Shown piece by piece: positions 36,599 through 47,516 of a stretch of DNA of 64,000 nt; the first letter of the stretch is position 1, and every line of letters starts with the position of its first letter. The notes beneath the pieces were generated by a model. It was not told where the DNA came from, did no database searches, and saw only the letters and a program-made list of their open reading frames with translations. This DNA comes from an uncultured virus (IMG/VR IMGVR_UViG_3300009455_000007) (taxonomy: Duplodnaviria > Heunggongvirae > Uroviricota > Caudoviricetes). The position numbers were made by a program, and so were the translations under genes. The stretch is from IMG/VR virus record IMGVR_UViG_3300009455_000007; one strand, written 5' to 3'.

Positions 36599-38341
36599 TT
36601 ACTCTCCGCCCCGGAGCTTGCCCTGCTTCTTGAGGAGCCGGATCTGGTCCGGGGTCAACGAGCGTGCGCGCAGGCTGTTGCCGTCCGCGCCCTCGTAGAT
36701 CTCAGCGTCGTCCACCCCGGGGATGATGTCGTCCACCAGGCCGCGGCCCCAGTCGCGCAGGCCGATGTTAGTACGCTTGTCGAACACATCGCCGAGCGTC
36801 GGTTCGCGCGCGGCGCCATTGAAGTTGCCGAGCGTCGCGCTGGGGAAGTTCGAGCCGACGTTCTGCGCGTTGCGCACACCGGCCAGCATAGCCGCTTCGC
36901 CCAACTCGCCTGCGGACTGCCCCAAGTCCGCGGCGGTGCCGTCGAGCGTGGGCGCGAAGTTGACAGCGATGTCGTCCAATGCGGCGAGATAAGCCTGCTG
37001 GTCCACCTTGCCGTCCTTGTCGGTCGCCATGGCCTTGGCGCGCTCCTTCGCCAGTTCGAGCTGCTGCTCGGACATCGCCTGGCGCGACTTCAGCGCTTCG
37101 CCGGCCGCGACCACGCGTGCGCGTGCGCTCTCGCCGGTCTCACGGCGGAGCGCGCTGCGCTCATCGAGATCGGCGTTGTACAGGCCAGTTTCGTTCGAGC
37201 GCTTGTTGCCCAGGTCGTTGACCAGGTTGCCCTGGCTGTCGACCACCGCGTTCTGGTCCACGCCCAACGCCTGCGCGCGAGCCTCTTCCAGGCGCAGCAG
37301 CTTGGTAGCGAGCGAACCCTTGGCGCCGAACTTGCTGCTGCCGTGCAGGTCCTGAATCTGCTTGGCCACGGCGTCAAAGCGCTCATTGATGGCGCTGGCG
37401 CGCGAGGGGGCCTGGGCGAAACCACTGCCCATTGCATCCAGGTTCGGGCGGCGCAGCGGGCTCTCGGCCACGGTGGTCGGGCCGCCGAAGGACTGGGCGC
37501 CAGCCAGCTGGTCGGAGGCGCCGCGCGTGATCGGGCGACCATTGAACACGCCGATGACTTCGTCCGCGCCGCCGGTACGCGCCGCCACGGGCGTGATGGC
37601 CTGCTCGCCAGGGAGGCCCTTTGCGTACGGGCTGACATACGCCGGGCGCGGCTGTTCGGCGGCGGCTGCAGGTACGGCTGCAGCCGGTGCTGCGGCGGCC
37701 TGCGCCCGCTTGTCGGCAAATCGGCTGTCGAGGCTACCCAGCAGAACAGCGTTGCCGACGTCGGACAGCACGCCGCCGGTGCGCAAAGCCAGGTCACCTG
37801 CGACGGTCGTCGGGTTGTTGACGCCGAACCGCTTGGCATAGTCCGACGTTGGAGTATTCAGTCCAGTGAGCCCGCCTTGGATCCCTGCGATCGGCGCAGC
37901 TACCTTGGCCAGCGCACCTGCACCCTTGCTCAGCACCTTGGCACCAATACCCTTCGGCTGGTACCGCTTGCCGGGGGCTTCAGGAGTGGCGGTGCCGCCC
38001 ATCCCGGGCATCTTCGCCTTGATGCGCTCGCCGAGAGTCGGCTTCGCCGCCGGCTCGCCAGTCACGCTGCGGACCGGCTTGATTGGTTCCGCTGCAGCCG
38101 CAGCCGGCTGGGCGGGCTGCGCATAGCGCGCTCGCGAAGCAGCCCGATCCGCCTCCTGTGCTCGGCGCATCGAGTCCATCGCGAATTGGTCGCTTCGGCT
38201 GGCGATCGAAGGTGCAGGGCGTTGGGCATTGGCCTGGTACCCGGCGCGGTCGCCTTCGTTGAGGGAGACGTTCCCGGCGCGGTCGATAGTCGGATTCCGC
38301 AGCGCGGACTTCTTGCGGAACGCGTCGTCGATGTTGTTCAT
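36599..38341 (-). CDS. internal virion protein
   Basis: Ala/Gly-rich, low complexity; start MNNIDD coupled to upstream stop. Confidence 0.7.
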   Translation of the reverse strand: MNNIDDAFRKKSALRNPTIDRAGNVSLNEGDRAGYQANAQRPAPSIASRSDQFAMDSMRRAQEADRAASRARYAQPAQPAAAAAEPIKPVRSVTGEPAAKPTLGERIKAKMPGMGGTATPEAPGKRYQPKGIGAKVLSKGAGALAKVAAPIAGIQGGLTGLNTPTSDYAKRFGVNNPTTVAGDLALRTGGVLSDVGNAVLLGSLDSRFADKRAQAAAAPAAAVPAAAAEQPRPAYVSPYAKGLPGEQAITPVAARTGGADEVIGVFNGRPITRGASDQLAGAQSFGGPTTVAESPLRRPNLDAMGSGFAQAPSRASAINERFDAVAKQIQDLHGSSKFGAKGSLATKLLRLEEARAQALGVDQNAVVDSQGNLVNDLGNKRSNETGLYNADLDERSALRRETGESARARVVAAGEALKSRQAMSEQQLELAKERAKAMATDKDGKVDQQAYLAALDDIAVNFAPTLDGTAADLGQSAGELGEAAMLAGVRNAQNVGSNFPSATLGNFNGAAREPTLGDVFDKRTNIGLRDWGRGLVDDIIPGVDDAEIYEGADGNSLRARSLTPDQIRLLKKQGKLRGGE

Positions 38342-40239
38342 GCGTCTGCGATCTCGCCGCTGTAGGTGAAGGACGTGCTGCACGCTTCGCTGGAATTCAC
38401 GCTGGAGCTGATGCCGGCGGAGAAGTTCACCGCGGACATGGAGCTGGCCGCGAGCTGGGACGATGCGTTCGCCGCGGACTCCATGGCTCGGAGCAGCAGC
38501 GACGCGCGCTGATTGTACTGGCTAACCTGCAGCTCTGCGTCCTTGAGCAGGACGGTGAGGCGGGTGTTCTCGCGACCGACCATGGCGTTGAACGCCCGGC
38601 TGTCGGCATCGACCGCCGTGCCTTCCACGCTGGCCTCGGCCTGGTACATGGTGGCCAGGGCGTTGGACTGCACGCTCTGAGCCTGCACGACGGCCTTGTA
38701 CGCCTCCAGCTTGCCGAGGATGGCACGGACCTGGGCGTCGTGCTGCTGCAGCTGCGCCTGTGCGCTGGCCAGGTTGGCGCGGTGCTCCTGGATGCGGGCC
38801 TCGCCCTTTGTCTGCCACACGTTCACGCGGGCGGCGTAAGCGTTGACCATGGTGCTGTACAGCTCGCCGCGCTTGGCCTCGGCCTCGACGCGGGTGCGCT
38901 CGGCGTCCCACTCGACCTTGTAGGCCTCGACCTGCGCCTTGTACGCCTCGACCTCGGAGCGGTGGCCTTCGATGCGGGCGCGCTCAGCTTCGACGCGGGC
39001 GCGGAAGCCCTCGATCTGCGCGCGGTAGATCTCGACCTTCGACATCTCCGAGCGGATCTGCGCCTCGTACATGGCGACCAGCTGCTGGTTGACCTCGGCC
39101 TTGGCCTTCTCGCCCTCGACCTGCGCCTTGTAGATCTCGACGCGGGACTTCTGGCCTTCGAGGAAGGCCTCGTAGGCAGCGATGCGCGCGTTGTACGCCT
39201 GGACCACGGCGTTGAACTGGGTCACGCGCGCCTGGAACACGGCGATGGCGATGTCCCGCCCCTTCACGATCAGGTCGAACTTGCGCTGCTCGACCTGCAG
39301 ATGGGCCTGGATCAGGGTGCCTTCGAGCTGCACGCCGGTGTTGACCGCCATGCGTACGTTCTCGACGACCACCTTCTGGTTCTCGATGTACACGTCGCGG
39401 TTGAGGTCGCCGCGCTTGTCGCGGTTCTGCTGGCGGACTTGCAGCCGGCGGTTGGCCCACAGGCCGTTCGGCTCCGGGCTCCAGCCGCGGGCGGCGAACT
39501 CCTCGTCGACCTGCTGCAGGGCGATGAAGCTGGCCTGCTCGTCGCGGTCGAGCGCGCGGGACCACAGCGCGCTTTCGACCTCAGGCGGCATGGCCTGGCC
39601 ATTCATCAGGTTGGTGAGATGGCTCTTGACCGCGTCCAGGAACGCCGACACGTACGGCGACTCGACGAAGTCCAGGGTCTCGTCCGGCGCGGCCGCGGTG
39701 AACTCCGGCGCCGCTTCGTCGAACTCCTCGATCGTCACCAGCGGTGCGGACGGGATGCTGATGTCGATCAGCGTCGGGGACGCGTAGGTCGTCAGCGTGG
39801 GGGTCTCGGGCGCGTCACCGATTTCCATCGTCGGTGCTGCGCCGGGCGACTCCGCGGTCAGCTCCGGACCGTCCAGCGTGAGGTTCAGCTCGGGCGGGGT
39901 ACCGAGGTAGCCGGGCTCATCCGGTGCCGCGTCCAGCGCGACCGGGACGATGGCCACGGTCGGAGCGTTCGGGATCTCGCCGCTGAGGTCGGCGATGGAG
40001 ATCACCGGAAGATCCGGCTTGGTCGGCCGGATGAACCCGGTCAGCGTGCCGTCGCCGGCCTGCCAGCTAGCGTCCCAGGTAGCGTACGCCGCCTGGAAGT
40101 TGTTGAGCCCGAGGATCTGGCTGGTGGTGAGGTTGTACGCCTGCGCCGCCCAGGTGCGGAACGTCGCCCAACCGTCGTCGACGAAGACGAGTGCGCCGTT
40201 ACCGGTGATGGCCCCACAAGGCCCGTTGCCTGCACTCAT
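38338..40239 (-). CDS. coiled-coil virion protein
   Basis: Pro-rich N-half, repeated Y.AQ(V/I)E units. Confidence 0.75.
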   Translation of the reverse strand: MSAGNGPCGAITGNGALVFVDDGWATFRTWAAQAYNLTTSQILGLNNFQAAYATWDASWQAGDGTLTGFIRPTKPDLPVISIADLSGEIPNAPTVAIVPVALDAAPDEPGYLGTPPELNLTLDGPELTAESPGAAPTMEIGDAPETPTLTTYASPTLIDISIPSAPLVTIEEFDEAAPEFTAAAPDETLDFVESPYVSAFLDAVKSHLTNLMNGQAMPPEVESALWSRALDRDEQASFIALQQVDEEFAARGWSPEPNGLWANRRLQVRQQNRDKRGDLNRDVYIENQKVVVENVRMAVNTGVQLEGTLIQAHLQVEQRKFDLIVKGRDIAIAVFQARVTQFNAVVQAYNARIAAYEAFLEGQKSRVEIYKAQVEGEKAKAEVNQQLVAMYEAQIRSEMSKVEIYRAQIEGFRARVEAERARIEGHRSEVEAYKAQVEAYKVEWDAERTRVEAEAKRGELYSTMVNAYAARVNVWQTKGEARIQEHRANLASAQAQLQQHDAQVRAILGKLEAYKAVVQAQSVQSNALATMYQAEASVEGTAVDADSRAFNAMVGRENTRLTVLLKDAELQVSQYNQRASLLLRAMESAANASSQLAASSMSAVNFSAGISSSVNSSEACSTSFTYSGEIADA

Positions 40240-41462
40240 GGCAGCCTACCCTCAAGTACGATGGGATGGAGCTCGATGACATCGAGTTCGATGTCACCGG
40301 CCGTCACGTTGGTCAGCTCGAAGCCCCAGTAAACGGAGCGCAGGCCGCGTCCCACCAACAGACGCCTGCCCCGCGGCGTCACCGCTGCCGTTTCCGTCAG
40401 CTCGTACCAGTGCACGATCTTCTCTCCCGTGCTGGGTTCGACCACTATACACTTCAGGGCCACGCGGCCGGTAGCGGTGAACCCGAGGTACGCGGCATCC
40501 ATGGCCTTGTTCCGGCCGGTGCCGAGGTTCGACATGCCGGTGCGGATGCGCCAGATGATCTCGTCGCCGGCGTCGGTGTCGCCGTCCAGCCGGTAGAGCC
40601 CGCCGTCGGCGGCACCGTAGTACTGGCCGTTGAACTCGGTCATCGAGTTGAACGGGAACTGGCTGTAACTGCTCAACCCCCTGGTCGCGGCGTTCATCGA
40701 CAGGGCGATGACTGGGGTGTCGTCGAACACGAAGCCGATCGAGAAGCGCAGCCCGTCGTTGATCGCCGCAGTCAGGGTTGTCAGCCCAGTGGGCGCGGCT
40801 GCGAGGTCGAACTCCTCGCTGACCTCGACGGTGGCGATCGCCAGGCCGGTAGCCGCGTCAGTGAACACCGCGGCGGAGACGATCTGCTCCATCGCCGTGA
40901 GCCGGGCCTCGATGGTCTGGGCCAGGTCCATCGTCTCGTCGATCTGCCCCTGCTGGATGCTGACCGCCACGCTGAGCAGCGCGAGCGTTTCGGACACCTG
41001 GGCGATGGCGATCATGGTGTTCGTGGCGGCGCCACTGAGCACCACGCTATCGACCAGCGAGGCCAGCACCGAGAACTGGTACGTCGGGACGTCGGCGATG
41101 TCGAACGCCTCGTTGAGCACCGCCTCCATGATGGGGGTGACGGTCTCGCTCAGCCCCAGGGCCTCGCTCAGCGTGGCCAGGCGGATGGTGAGCGCGGTAG
41201 GCGCGCCGGTCAGCGCGAACCGCTCACTGAGGGCATAGATCTCAGACAGCTCGTAGGTCAGGTTCACCGCCAGGTTGTCGTTCTTCAAAGCGACGGCGGC
41301 AGCGAGGGGGTTGCCGACCATCGCGAAGGCGTTGGAGAGCGTCGCGGGCACGCCGGGGAGCACCCGCTGGGACAGGGCGAATGCTTCGGCGATCTCCACC
41401 TCGACGTCGCCACCCCCGAGGGTGCCGAACGAAGCCGTACCGAATGGCGTTTTCCCGTACAT
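40236..41462 (-). CDS. virion structural (tail) protein
   Basis: Acidic repeat N-half; C-terminal FNS..GGLY.L.GDTD.G..GRGLRS.YW. Confidence 0.7.
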   Translation of the reverse strand: MYGKTPFGTASFGTLGGGDVEVEIAEAFALSQRVLPGVPATLSNAFAMVGNPLAAAVALKNDNLAVNLTYELSEIYALSERFALTGAPTALTIRLATLSEALGLSETVTPIMEAVLNEAFDIADVPTYQFSVLASLVDSVVLSGAATNTMIAIAQVSETLALLSVAVSIQQGQIDETMDLAQTIEARLTAMEQIVSAAVFTDAATGLAIATVEVSEEFDLAAAPTGLTTLTAAINDGLRFSIGFVFDDTPVIALSMNAATRGLSSYSQFPFNSMTEFNGQYYGAADGGLYRLDGDTDAGDEIIWRIRTGMSNLGTGRNKAMDAAYLGFTATGRVALKCIVVEPSTGEKIVHWYELTETAAVTPRGRRLLVGRGLRSVYWGFELTNVTAGDIELDVIELHPIVLEGRLP

Positions 41463-41463
41463 G

Positions 41464-42648
41464 TCAGATGTAGGTCACGTGGTAGGCGACGCTGTAGGTG
41501 AAGTGCCAGGCGATCTCGGTGGCAGCTGCGCCAGTCACCTCGATGGTGATGAAGTTGCTACCGCCCGGATCCGGGATCACGTCGAAGTCCCAGGCGGCGG
41601 CGCCGGCGTCGTTCTGCGGCGTGCCCTTATCGATCGAGCCGAACAGCGTCGTGGTGGTGTAATCCGTCGACACCTTGACCGCGAACCTGGTGAACCACCG
41701 CTTGGCGTCGCCGTTCGCCGGATTGAAGGCCGTCAGGACGCCTTCGAACGTAGTGATGCCGGACTCCATGTAGAGTTCTTCCGAGCCCGCCACCGCCGGC
41801 GTATCAGGTGCGCCGGCGGTCTCTGGGGAGAACATCTGGAGCACAACCGGTGTGGCGTTGGTGGTCACCGCGCACAGCACGCCTTTGCCGTGGATCAGCT
41901 CGAGGAAGACCGGCGTCGTGCCACCCTGCAGCAATTCGATGATGCTGACGCCCGAGACAGTCTGGGCGAGCGCGGCCGGGTAGGCCCCGTAGCCGCCGAG
42001 GACGGCCGAGTACTTGTAGAAGCTGCTGCCGACGGACGCCTGGTACCCGAGCGCGTACGAGAACGATGCGATCGCCCTGGCCTCGTCACCGATTGCCACG
42101 GCACCGGTGGCTGCGCCGCCCGTCGCAGTGCCCGCGGCGGCGCCTTGACCGACAGCGAGCAGCGCTGCGGGGGCGCGGACCACGCGGAGTGCGTCGAGCG
42201 AGGAGTGGCTGCCAGGGGAGTTGACCGGGTCGGAGATGCGGGTGCGGCCGCGGACGTCGAGGAGCCCATTGCCGATCGGCACGCAGTAGACCTCTACCGT
42301 GTCGGTGTTGGCGATCGACAGCGCGGTGAAGACCTTGGTCGTGTTGTTGAAGTCCGACGTCGAGACGCAATTGTCGGCGGAGCTGGTCAGGGTGAGTCCG
42401 CCGGAGCCGTCGCGCTTCAGGGTGCAGTACATCAGGGCCCATTCGCCAGCAGCGGCGCCGGACGTCGGCTTGACCAGGACCGGGACGTCGTACCAGCTGT
42501 ACGTTCCGGGGAGCTGGGCCACTGTCGGGACCTGGAACGCCTGCTCGAACAGGAGCATGTCCGCCGCGATCACCGTGCCGCCGGCGAGGTTGAAGGCATA
42601 TGCCCCGGTTGCAGTTGCCGTCTGGCCGGCGCGGTCGCGAGTACTCAT
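41464..42648 (-). CDS. tail spike / fibre-like protein
   Basis: GAVAIG..A..S.ALG..A (YadA-head-like) repeats. Confidence 0.6.
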   Translation of the reverse strand: MSTRDRAGQTATATGAYAFNLAGGTVIAADMLLFEQAFQVPTVAQLPGTYSWYDVPVLVKPTSGAAAGEWALMYCTLKRDGSGGLTLTSSADNCVSTSDFNNTTKVFTALSIANTDTVEVYCVPIGNGLLDVRGRTRISDPVNSPGSHSSLDALRVVRAPAALLAVGQGAAAGTATGGAATGAVAIGDEARAIASFSYALGYQASVGSSFYKYSAVLGGYGAYPAALAQTVSGVSIIELLQGGTTPVFLELIHGKGVLCAVTTNATPVVLQMFSPETAGAPDTPAVAGSEELYMESGITTFEGVLTAFNPANGDAKRWFTRFAVKVSTDYTTTTLFGSIDKGTPQNDAGAAAWDFDVIPDPGGSNFITIEVTGAAATEIAWHFTYSVAYHVTYI

Positions 42649-42659
42649 GGTGGCTCCTG

Positions 42660-45017
42660 TTATGCCTTGAACGGACTGATAGCCATGATGGGGAAGTGGC
42701 GGACCTTCTCCTGGTCCTCGTCGTAGATGTAGCTGTCGAACCCGGAGCTGAATTTTATGCCGTCAAGCGTGCAAAGCCCACCAATAAAATCGGCGCGTAC
42801 GGCCGTGTGGTTGCCGTTAGCCTCCACGATACCACCACCGGCCGTCCTGGTCGGGTAGCTGTAAGCCACCAAGTTGCGGCTGGCGACCCAGGAACCGATC
42901 GACCACTTGACGCGGACGAGCGCGAACTCATTGGAGTAGAAGGCCCAGTTCGTGCCGGGGATCACGTACTCGGCGTCACTCAAGTACGGAGTGGTCGGGA
43001 GGCTATACCCTGCCTCCCGCGCGCCACCGAGCCCGCCGACCAGGCGGGTGTACATGGACGGCTCCGTCCACCAGTAGCCCCAACCAGCAGCGGGCGTCAC
43101 GGTCACATCGGAATTGCTGGAGCTGGTCGAGCTCTGTTCGGTCTGTGTGTCTTCTACCGCGACACCGTTGCAGGTGAACACAGTGTTGTAGGTGGTAGTG
43201 GTGGTCGACGGGCCGACGAATTGCGTGCGCTTGGTGAACCCGCTCTGGTCGCCGGTGGTGCCGTAGTCACGGGTGACGGTCGTGGTTGAGCCGTTCGCGA
43301 CCTCGTACTGCTTGCGTTGGTAAGTCCAGAGACGGTTTCGCAAGTCGATGTATAGGGGACGGATAGTCACCTCATCGATCGTTTGGTCCCTCTGCTCGAT
43401 ATTGACCTCCGTGCCGAAGTAGTTGCCAGTCGCGGTGATCTCCTGCGTGTAGGTGATCGTAGTGTTTTCTGCTTGGACCTCGTTGAGCTGTAGGAAATCG
43501 GTACGGTAGCTGCTGGTGTACTCCTGCGAAACCGTGACCGTGGCTTCGGCCTCCACCGTACCGGAGGGCGCCCAGGGTTCGCCATTGAGGTAGCCACCGC
43601 CAACGAACCATTTGGCGTACTGCCCCGGATCATACAAAAGTTGTACAGGGGTGCCGGGTACAGATGGGCTGTTGCCAGGGTCGGTTGCGATCACGGTGCG
43701 GTTGAACACGGTTGTGCTCTCACGCACGCCCGCTTTGCGCCTGCGCTCGAGGTAAACCGGCACGTTGTCTCGGTAGTCCACCGAGATCTTGAACCATCCG
43801 TTGTCGGCATACTCGATGGTCTCGGTAGTAGTGCCGGCGATGTCGGTGATACCGCTGCCCGAGTCGGGGAAGACGTTGCTCCCGTACTCGGTCTCGATGC
43901 CGCCGACCGCCATGCCGATGGTGCCGGAGGTGGTGATGCTCTTGGTCGATTCTTCGACCGCCACAGCATGGTCGTCCGCCACGAAAACGAAGATCTCGTC
44001 CGCGGGGTCCCAGGTGGCGACGATCTCGGTGTAGCGGGTGATCTCGCTATCGGTGTCATCGAAGCGCGGCATCAGCGTGCGCGCTTCGTCCCCGCGCTGG
44101 TTGAAGAACACGCAGGCCGTCTGGCCGCTCATATGCGTGATGACGTAGTTGCCGAGGTCTACCAGCACGGTGTAGCCGTCCTCGTCCTTCTCCGTGACCA
44201 GGCTGTTTCCGACCCGGAACAGGGCTGCAGAAACGACGCGGATGGTCATCTCCAGGGAGTCGGGGTCGTCGCGCTCGCCAACGACGACCCGCAGCTCGCT
44301 CGGGTTCCCCATCGTGCCGACCAGGGCTGCGCCCATGACGTACACGGTGTCGGGGCCGGACACGGAGAACACCACGCCGGAAGTCTCGTCGAGATCGAGG
44401 AGCACGACGCCGTTGTGCAGCACGTAGCGGTCGAACTGGAACCAGAAATCCGTGCCGCTGCGGATGTTCGGGCCGAAGAAATAGAGGGCGCCGGCAGTGC
44501 CTTGCCAGTCCAGGTTGGCGGCGTAGCGGAACGACGGCTCGCCCAGGTCGGGGCGATAGAACCTGCCCGGCGCTGGGTCATCCGGCCACCACAGCGGGTT
44601 GCTGTCGTACCACGCGGGGACGAGTCCTTGCCTGGAGATTGCCGTCGGACGCGCGAGCAGGACCTGGAGGCGGTAGTTGGCCTGCTCGAACGCGCCGGTA
44701 CCGCGGGCGCCGCCAGTCCAGGTCCGCGTCGACTGGGCGGAGGTCGTCGGGCGGATGGCGAAGCCGTCGAACCAGATCGGTGCGCGCCCGCCGCCCTGCG
44801 ACGCCGCCCGGATGCTCACGCGGGGGACATCCCCGTAGAACTCCGCGCGCACGACGCTGCCGTCGGACAGCGTGCGTTCGATAGCCTGGGTTGGCACGCC
44901 GGGTTTGAGCCGACGCTGTTCCTCCAGGTAGCCGAGGAGCTTTTTGGCGACGGAAACGAGGTCGGGGCGGTCATTGCCGCCCCGACGGTGGTGCCAGTCC
45001 TCGTACCGTCCGGCCAC
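42660..45017 (-). CDS. large tail protein
   Basis: 785-aa Thr-rich beta protein in the structural operon. Confidence 0.7.
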   Translation of the reverse strand: MAGRYEDWHHRRGGNDRPDLVSVAKKLLGYLEEQRRLKPGVPTQAIERTLSDGSVVRAEFYGDVPRVSIRAASQGGGRAPIWFDGFAIRPTTSAQSTRTWTGGARGTGAFEQANYRLQVLLARPTAISRQGLVPAWYDSNPLWWPDDPAPGRFYRPDLGEPSFRYAANLDWQGTAGALYFFGPNIRSGTDFWFQFDRYVLHNGVVLLDLDETSGVVFSVSGPDTVYVMGAALVGTMGNPSELRVVVGERDDPDSLEMTIRVVSAALFRVGNSLVTEKDEDGYTVLVDLGNYVITHMSGQTACVFFNQRGDEARTLMPRFDDTDSEITRYTEIVATWDPADEIFVFVADDHAVAVEESTKSITTSGTIGMAVGGIETEYGSNVFPDSGSGITDIAGTTTETIEYADNGWFKISVDYRDNVPVYLERRRKAGVRESTTVFNRTVIATDPGNSPSVPGTPVQLLYDPGQYAKWFVGGGYLNGEPWAPSGTVEAEATVTVSQEYTSSYRTDFLQLNEVQAENTTITYTQEITATGNYFGTEVNIEQRDQTIDEVTIRPLYIDLRNRLWTYQRKQYEVANGSTTTVTRDYGTTGDQSGFTKRTQFVGPSTTTTTYNTVFTCNGVAVEDTQTEQSSTSSSNSDVTVTPAAGWGYWWTEPSMYTRLVGGLGGAREAGYSLPTTPYLSDAEYVIPGTNWAFYSNEFALVRVKWSIGSWVASRNLVAYSYPTRTAGGGIVEANGNHTAVRADFIGGLCTLDGIKFSSGFDSYIYDEDQEKVRHFPIMAISPFKA

Positions 45018-45020
45018 TCG

Positions 45021-45599
45021 TCAGGTGCTGGTTGCGGTCAGGATGTACTTGACGCGGAGCTCCTCGTCTTCGGCCATCGTCTTGTCGGCGCCGAAGCGCG
45101 CGGCCGCGATCAGCACGCCGGTGGTCGCCGACTTGGTGCTGGTCGACATCAGACCCGCGCCGCGGATGGTGCCACCGCCGGAGGCGATGGTGAAGACCGC
45201 AGGAGACGCCGTGTTGCCGATGGCGTTCGCCGCCGGCGCCGCGCTGACCCAAGCCACGCGAGTCGCCTCGTCGTAGTTGGTGAACTCGGTCGTGGTGGCG
45301 GTGAAGGTGGCCGCGGTGAGCGAGGCCGCCGGGGTCACCGCGCCGCTGAACGGGGCGATGTAGAAGGCGGAGTGCGCGCTGCCCTGGTTCAGGGCCACTT
45401 CCAGGATGTGCAGCAGACCCTGGTTGACCACGATGTTGTGGTCGATCTGCCACGGCTCGTCACCCTGCTGGGTCTCCCAGTGACCGGCCATGGTGATGCC
45501 CATGGCGGGCATGAGCACTTCGCCGCGGTCGGTGACTTCGTACTGGTTCAGGCGCAGACGGCGGAGGGCCTCAGCGCGGTGGTTCGACATTTTGTTCAT
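45021..45599 (-). CDS. virion structural protein
   Basis: NIVVNQGL..L..F..EFTNY.EATR. Confidence 0.7.
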   Translation of the reverse strand: MNKMSNHRAEALRRLRLNQYEVTDRGEVLMPAMGITMAGHWETQQGDEPWQIDHNIVVNQGLLHILEVALNQGSAHSAFYIAPFSGAVTPAASLTAATFTATTTEFTNYDEATRVAWVSAAPAANAIGNTASPAVFTIASGGGTIRGAGLMSTSTKSATTGVLIAAARFGADKTMAEDEELRVKYILTATST

Positions 45600-45777
45600 T
45601 TCGGTTACCTGCTGTAGGCCAAAGGTTGAGCGGACACCGCTCGGTTCGTAGCTGGACTTTCGCGCGCATGATACACCCACACAACCTGCACCGCTCTGTC
45701 AAGGGGATCTTTCCAGGGATCAGCTCGGGGCAGGTCTTGCATACGGCGAGCCTCGCCTTAGCTGAGGCGGACGCCAT
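45571..45777 (-). CDS. small Cys-rich protein
   Basis: R..C..C..C..CGC..K..CP..W. Confidence 0.6.
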   Translation of the reverse strand: MASASAKARLAVCKTCPELIPGKIPLTERCRLCGCIMRAKVQLRTERCPLNLWPTAGNRNEQNVEPPR

Positions 45778-47101
45778 TTTTCCACACCTCTGCTTCGGCT
45801 CGGTCGGACACCGCCAGCGGATTCTCCGTGCCGCCGCGCACCGTGGTCAGTACCTGGCGCAGACCTGCGACCTCGCGGACGACCGTCGCGGCGGCCTCGG
45901 CGTTGGCCGGGCCGACGAACCGGTCGCGGTGCAAAGGAGTGACCCGGCCACCGGCACCGCCGACCACCATGCCGCCAGCGGTGTCGAACCAGAACGGGAC
46001 GCTACCGCTGCCTTCGAGGCCCAGCAGCACAGGGTCGACCTGCGTCGGGCTTCCGACCACGACGCCGTGTGCGTGCGCGATGGCGCGCGTCCACTTCGCC
46101 GGTTCGGCGCCGGAGAAGAAGTAGGTGCGCTTGGCGTCGGCGACGAACAGTCCAGTCTCCTCGCCGAGATGCAGGCCCTCGATCATGGTGCCGTCGCCGT
46201 TCATGTGCACGTAGTTGGCGTGCAGGATCCCCTGGCCGTAGTGCATGGCCTCGGAGAAGTACAGGATGTTGTACCGGAACACGTACATGCGGCCGCGGTA
46301 GAGGCGGACGATCTGGCCGGGCGGCAGCGGTTCGTGGAACTGCGTGGCCAGCGGCGCGCCGAGCATCTGGGCGCCGAGCACGTAGGTGGTCAGGCCGACG
46401 GGGATGTCCTGGCAGAAGCGCAGCACCGTGCCGTTGGTGTGGGTGGCGTAGATCCGGATCCAGGCGGCTTCGGGGTCGGTCGGCTGCGGGATCGACAGCA
46501 GGCGGATGCCCTGGCCCTCAGTGAGCTCGATGTCGGCCGCCATGGTCGTGCCCGACTCGCGGCCGGAGGCGTCGCGGTAGGTGATGGCCACCTGGTACTG
46601 CCCCGCCGCCAGGCCGCCGGCCGCGTTGGCCTGCAGCAGGGGCTGCCCGGTCGGAGGCTGCAGCGCCCACGGCGAGCGGAAGCCGTCGAAGTCGACGCGG
46701 CCGCTGTCGAAGCCGTTGGTGTAGTAGACGTAGCCCGCGTCGAACGCATAGCTCATGCGCGTGCCGGCCGGCGCCGTCAATGCGACGATGGTCGTACGCG
46801 CCAGGTCCTCGTTGTACTTGACCAGGTTCTGGCCGTGCACGGCCAGCATGTAGGGGTAGCGCTTGTCCGCCCACACGGACTGCAGGTCGGTTGTTGCCTC
46901 CACCACGGTGTAGCCGCGGCGACGGGAGATCTTGCCCTGCTCGTTGATGTCGACGTTGTCGGCCACGCGCAGGGCGCCCTGGACCGTGCCGCCCGGCCCC
47001 TTCTTGCCCATGGCCAGACCGGTTTCGGAAGACAGGTTGTCCAGCCCCTGGGGCCAGCCCAGGAGTTGGGTCAACGCGCTGTCACGCACACCGGTCATCA
47101 A
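45758..47101 (-). CDS. putative tail nozzle / tubular protein
   Basis: GLDN..LR.A.NVDI..G..RR.G start; beta-propeller-like content. Confidence 0.65.
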   Translation of the reverse strand: MMTGVRDSALTQLLGWPQGLDNLSSETGLAMGKKGPGGTVQGALRVADNVDINEQGKISRRRGYTVVEATTDLQSVWADKRYPYMLAVHGQNLVKYNEDLARTTIVALTAPAGTRMSYAFDAGYVYYTNGFDSGRVDFDGFRSPWALQPPTGQPLLQANAAGGLAAGQYQVAITYRDASGRESGTTMAADIELTEGQGIRLLSIPQPTDPEAAWIRIYATHTNGTVLRFCQDIPVGLTTYVLGAQMLGAPLATQFHEPLPPGQIVRLYRGRMYVFRYNILYFSEAMHYGQGILHANYVHMNGDGTMIEGLHLGEETGLFVADAKRTYFFSGAEPAKWTRAIAHAHGVVVGSPTQVDPVLLGLEGSGSVPFWFDTAGGMVVGGAGGRVTPLHRDRFVGPANAEAAATVVREVAGLRQVLTTVRGGTENPLAVSDRAEAEVWKNGVRLS

Positions 47102-47204
47102 CTTTCCCTCTTCTCTGCGTTATCGACGCGCTGCTCGAGCCCGTCAATCGATAAGTGCCAGGGCCGACCCCGAGGAGCGCGGACTGTCGCCCTGGCTGCC
47201 GGTG

Positions 47205-47516
47205 TTATTTCCCACCGCCGGCCGGGGCCCCGAATGCTGCCTTGAGCCGCTGCCAGAAGCCAGGGTCGTCCGCCAGGAGTTCGCGCAAGCGCTGGAACGT
47301 CCCTTCGTCCTTCGCCATGGCTGCAGCGGCCTGGATGATGTACTGCTGTTCGTCGCCCTCGGTGCGGAGTTCATCGATCTTCAGTGTCGGCCGCGGCGCC
47401 GGCGTCGTCAGTGCCTGCACGTTGGGCGGCGGCAATGGCTTCGGCTGCATTCCGGTACAGCTGCAGAGAAGCATCAGGAAGGGGGCGATCCAGATAAGCG
47501 CGGTAGGACGGTGCAT
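47205..47516 (-). CDS. o-spanin (Rz1-like lipoprotein)
   Basis: Signal peptide with lipobox LLCSC, Pro-rich after Cys; starts inside the i-spanin gene. Confidence 0.75.
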   Translation of the reverse strand: MHRPTALIWIAPFLMLLCSCTGMQPKPLPPPNVQALTTPAPRPTLKIDELRTEGDEQQYIIQAAAAMAKDEGTFQRLRELLADDPGFWQRLKAAFGAPAGGGK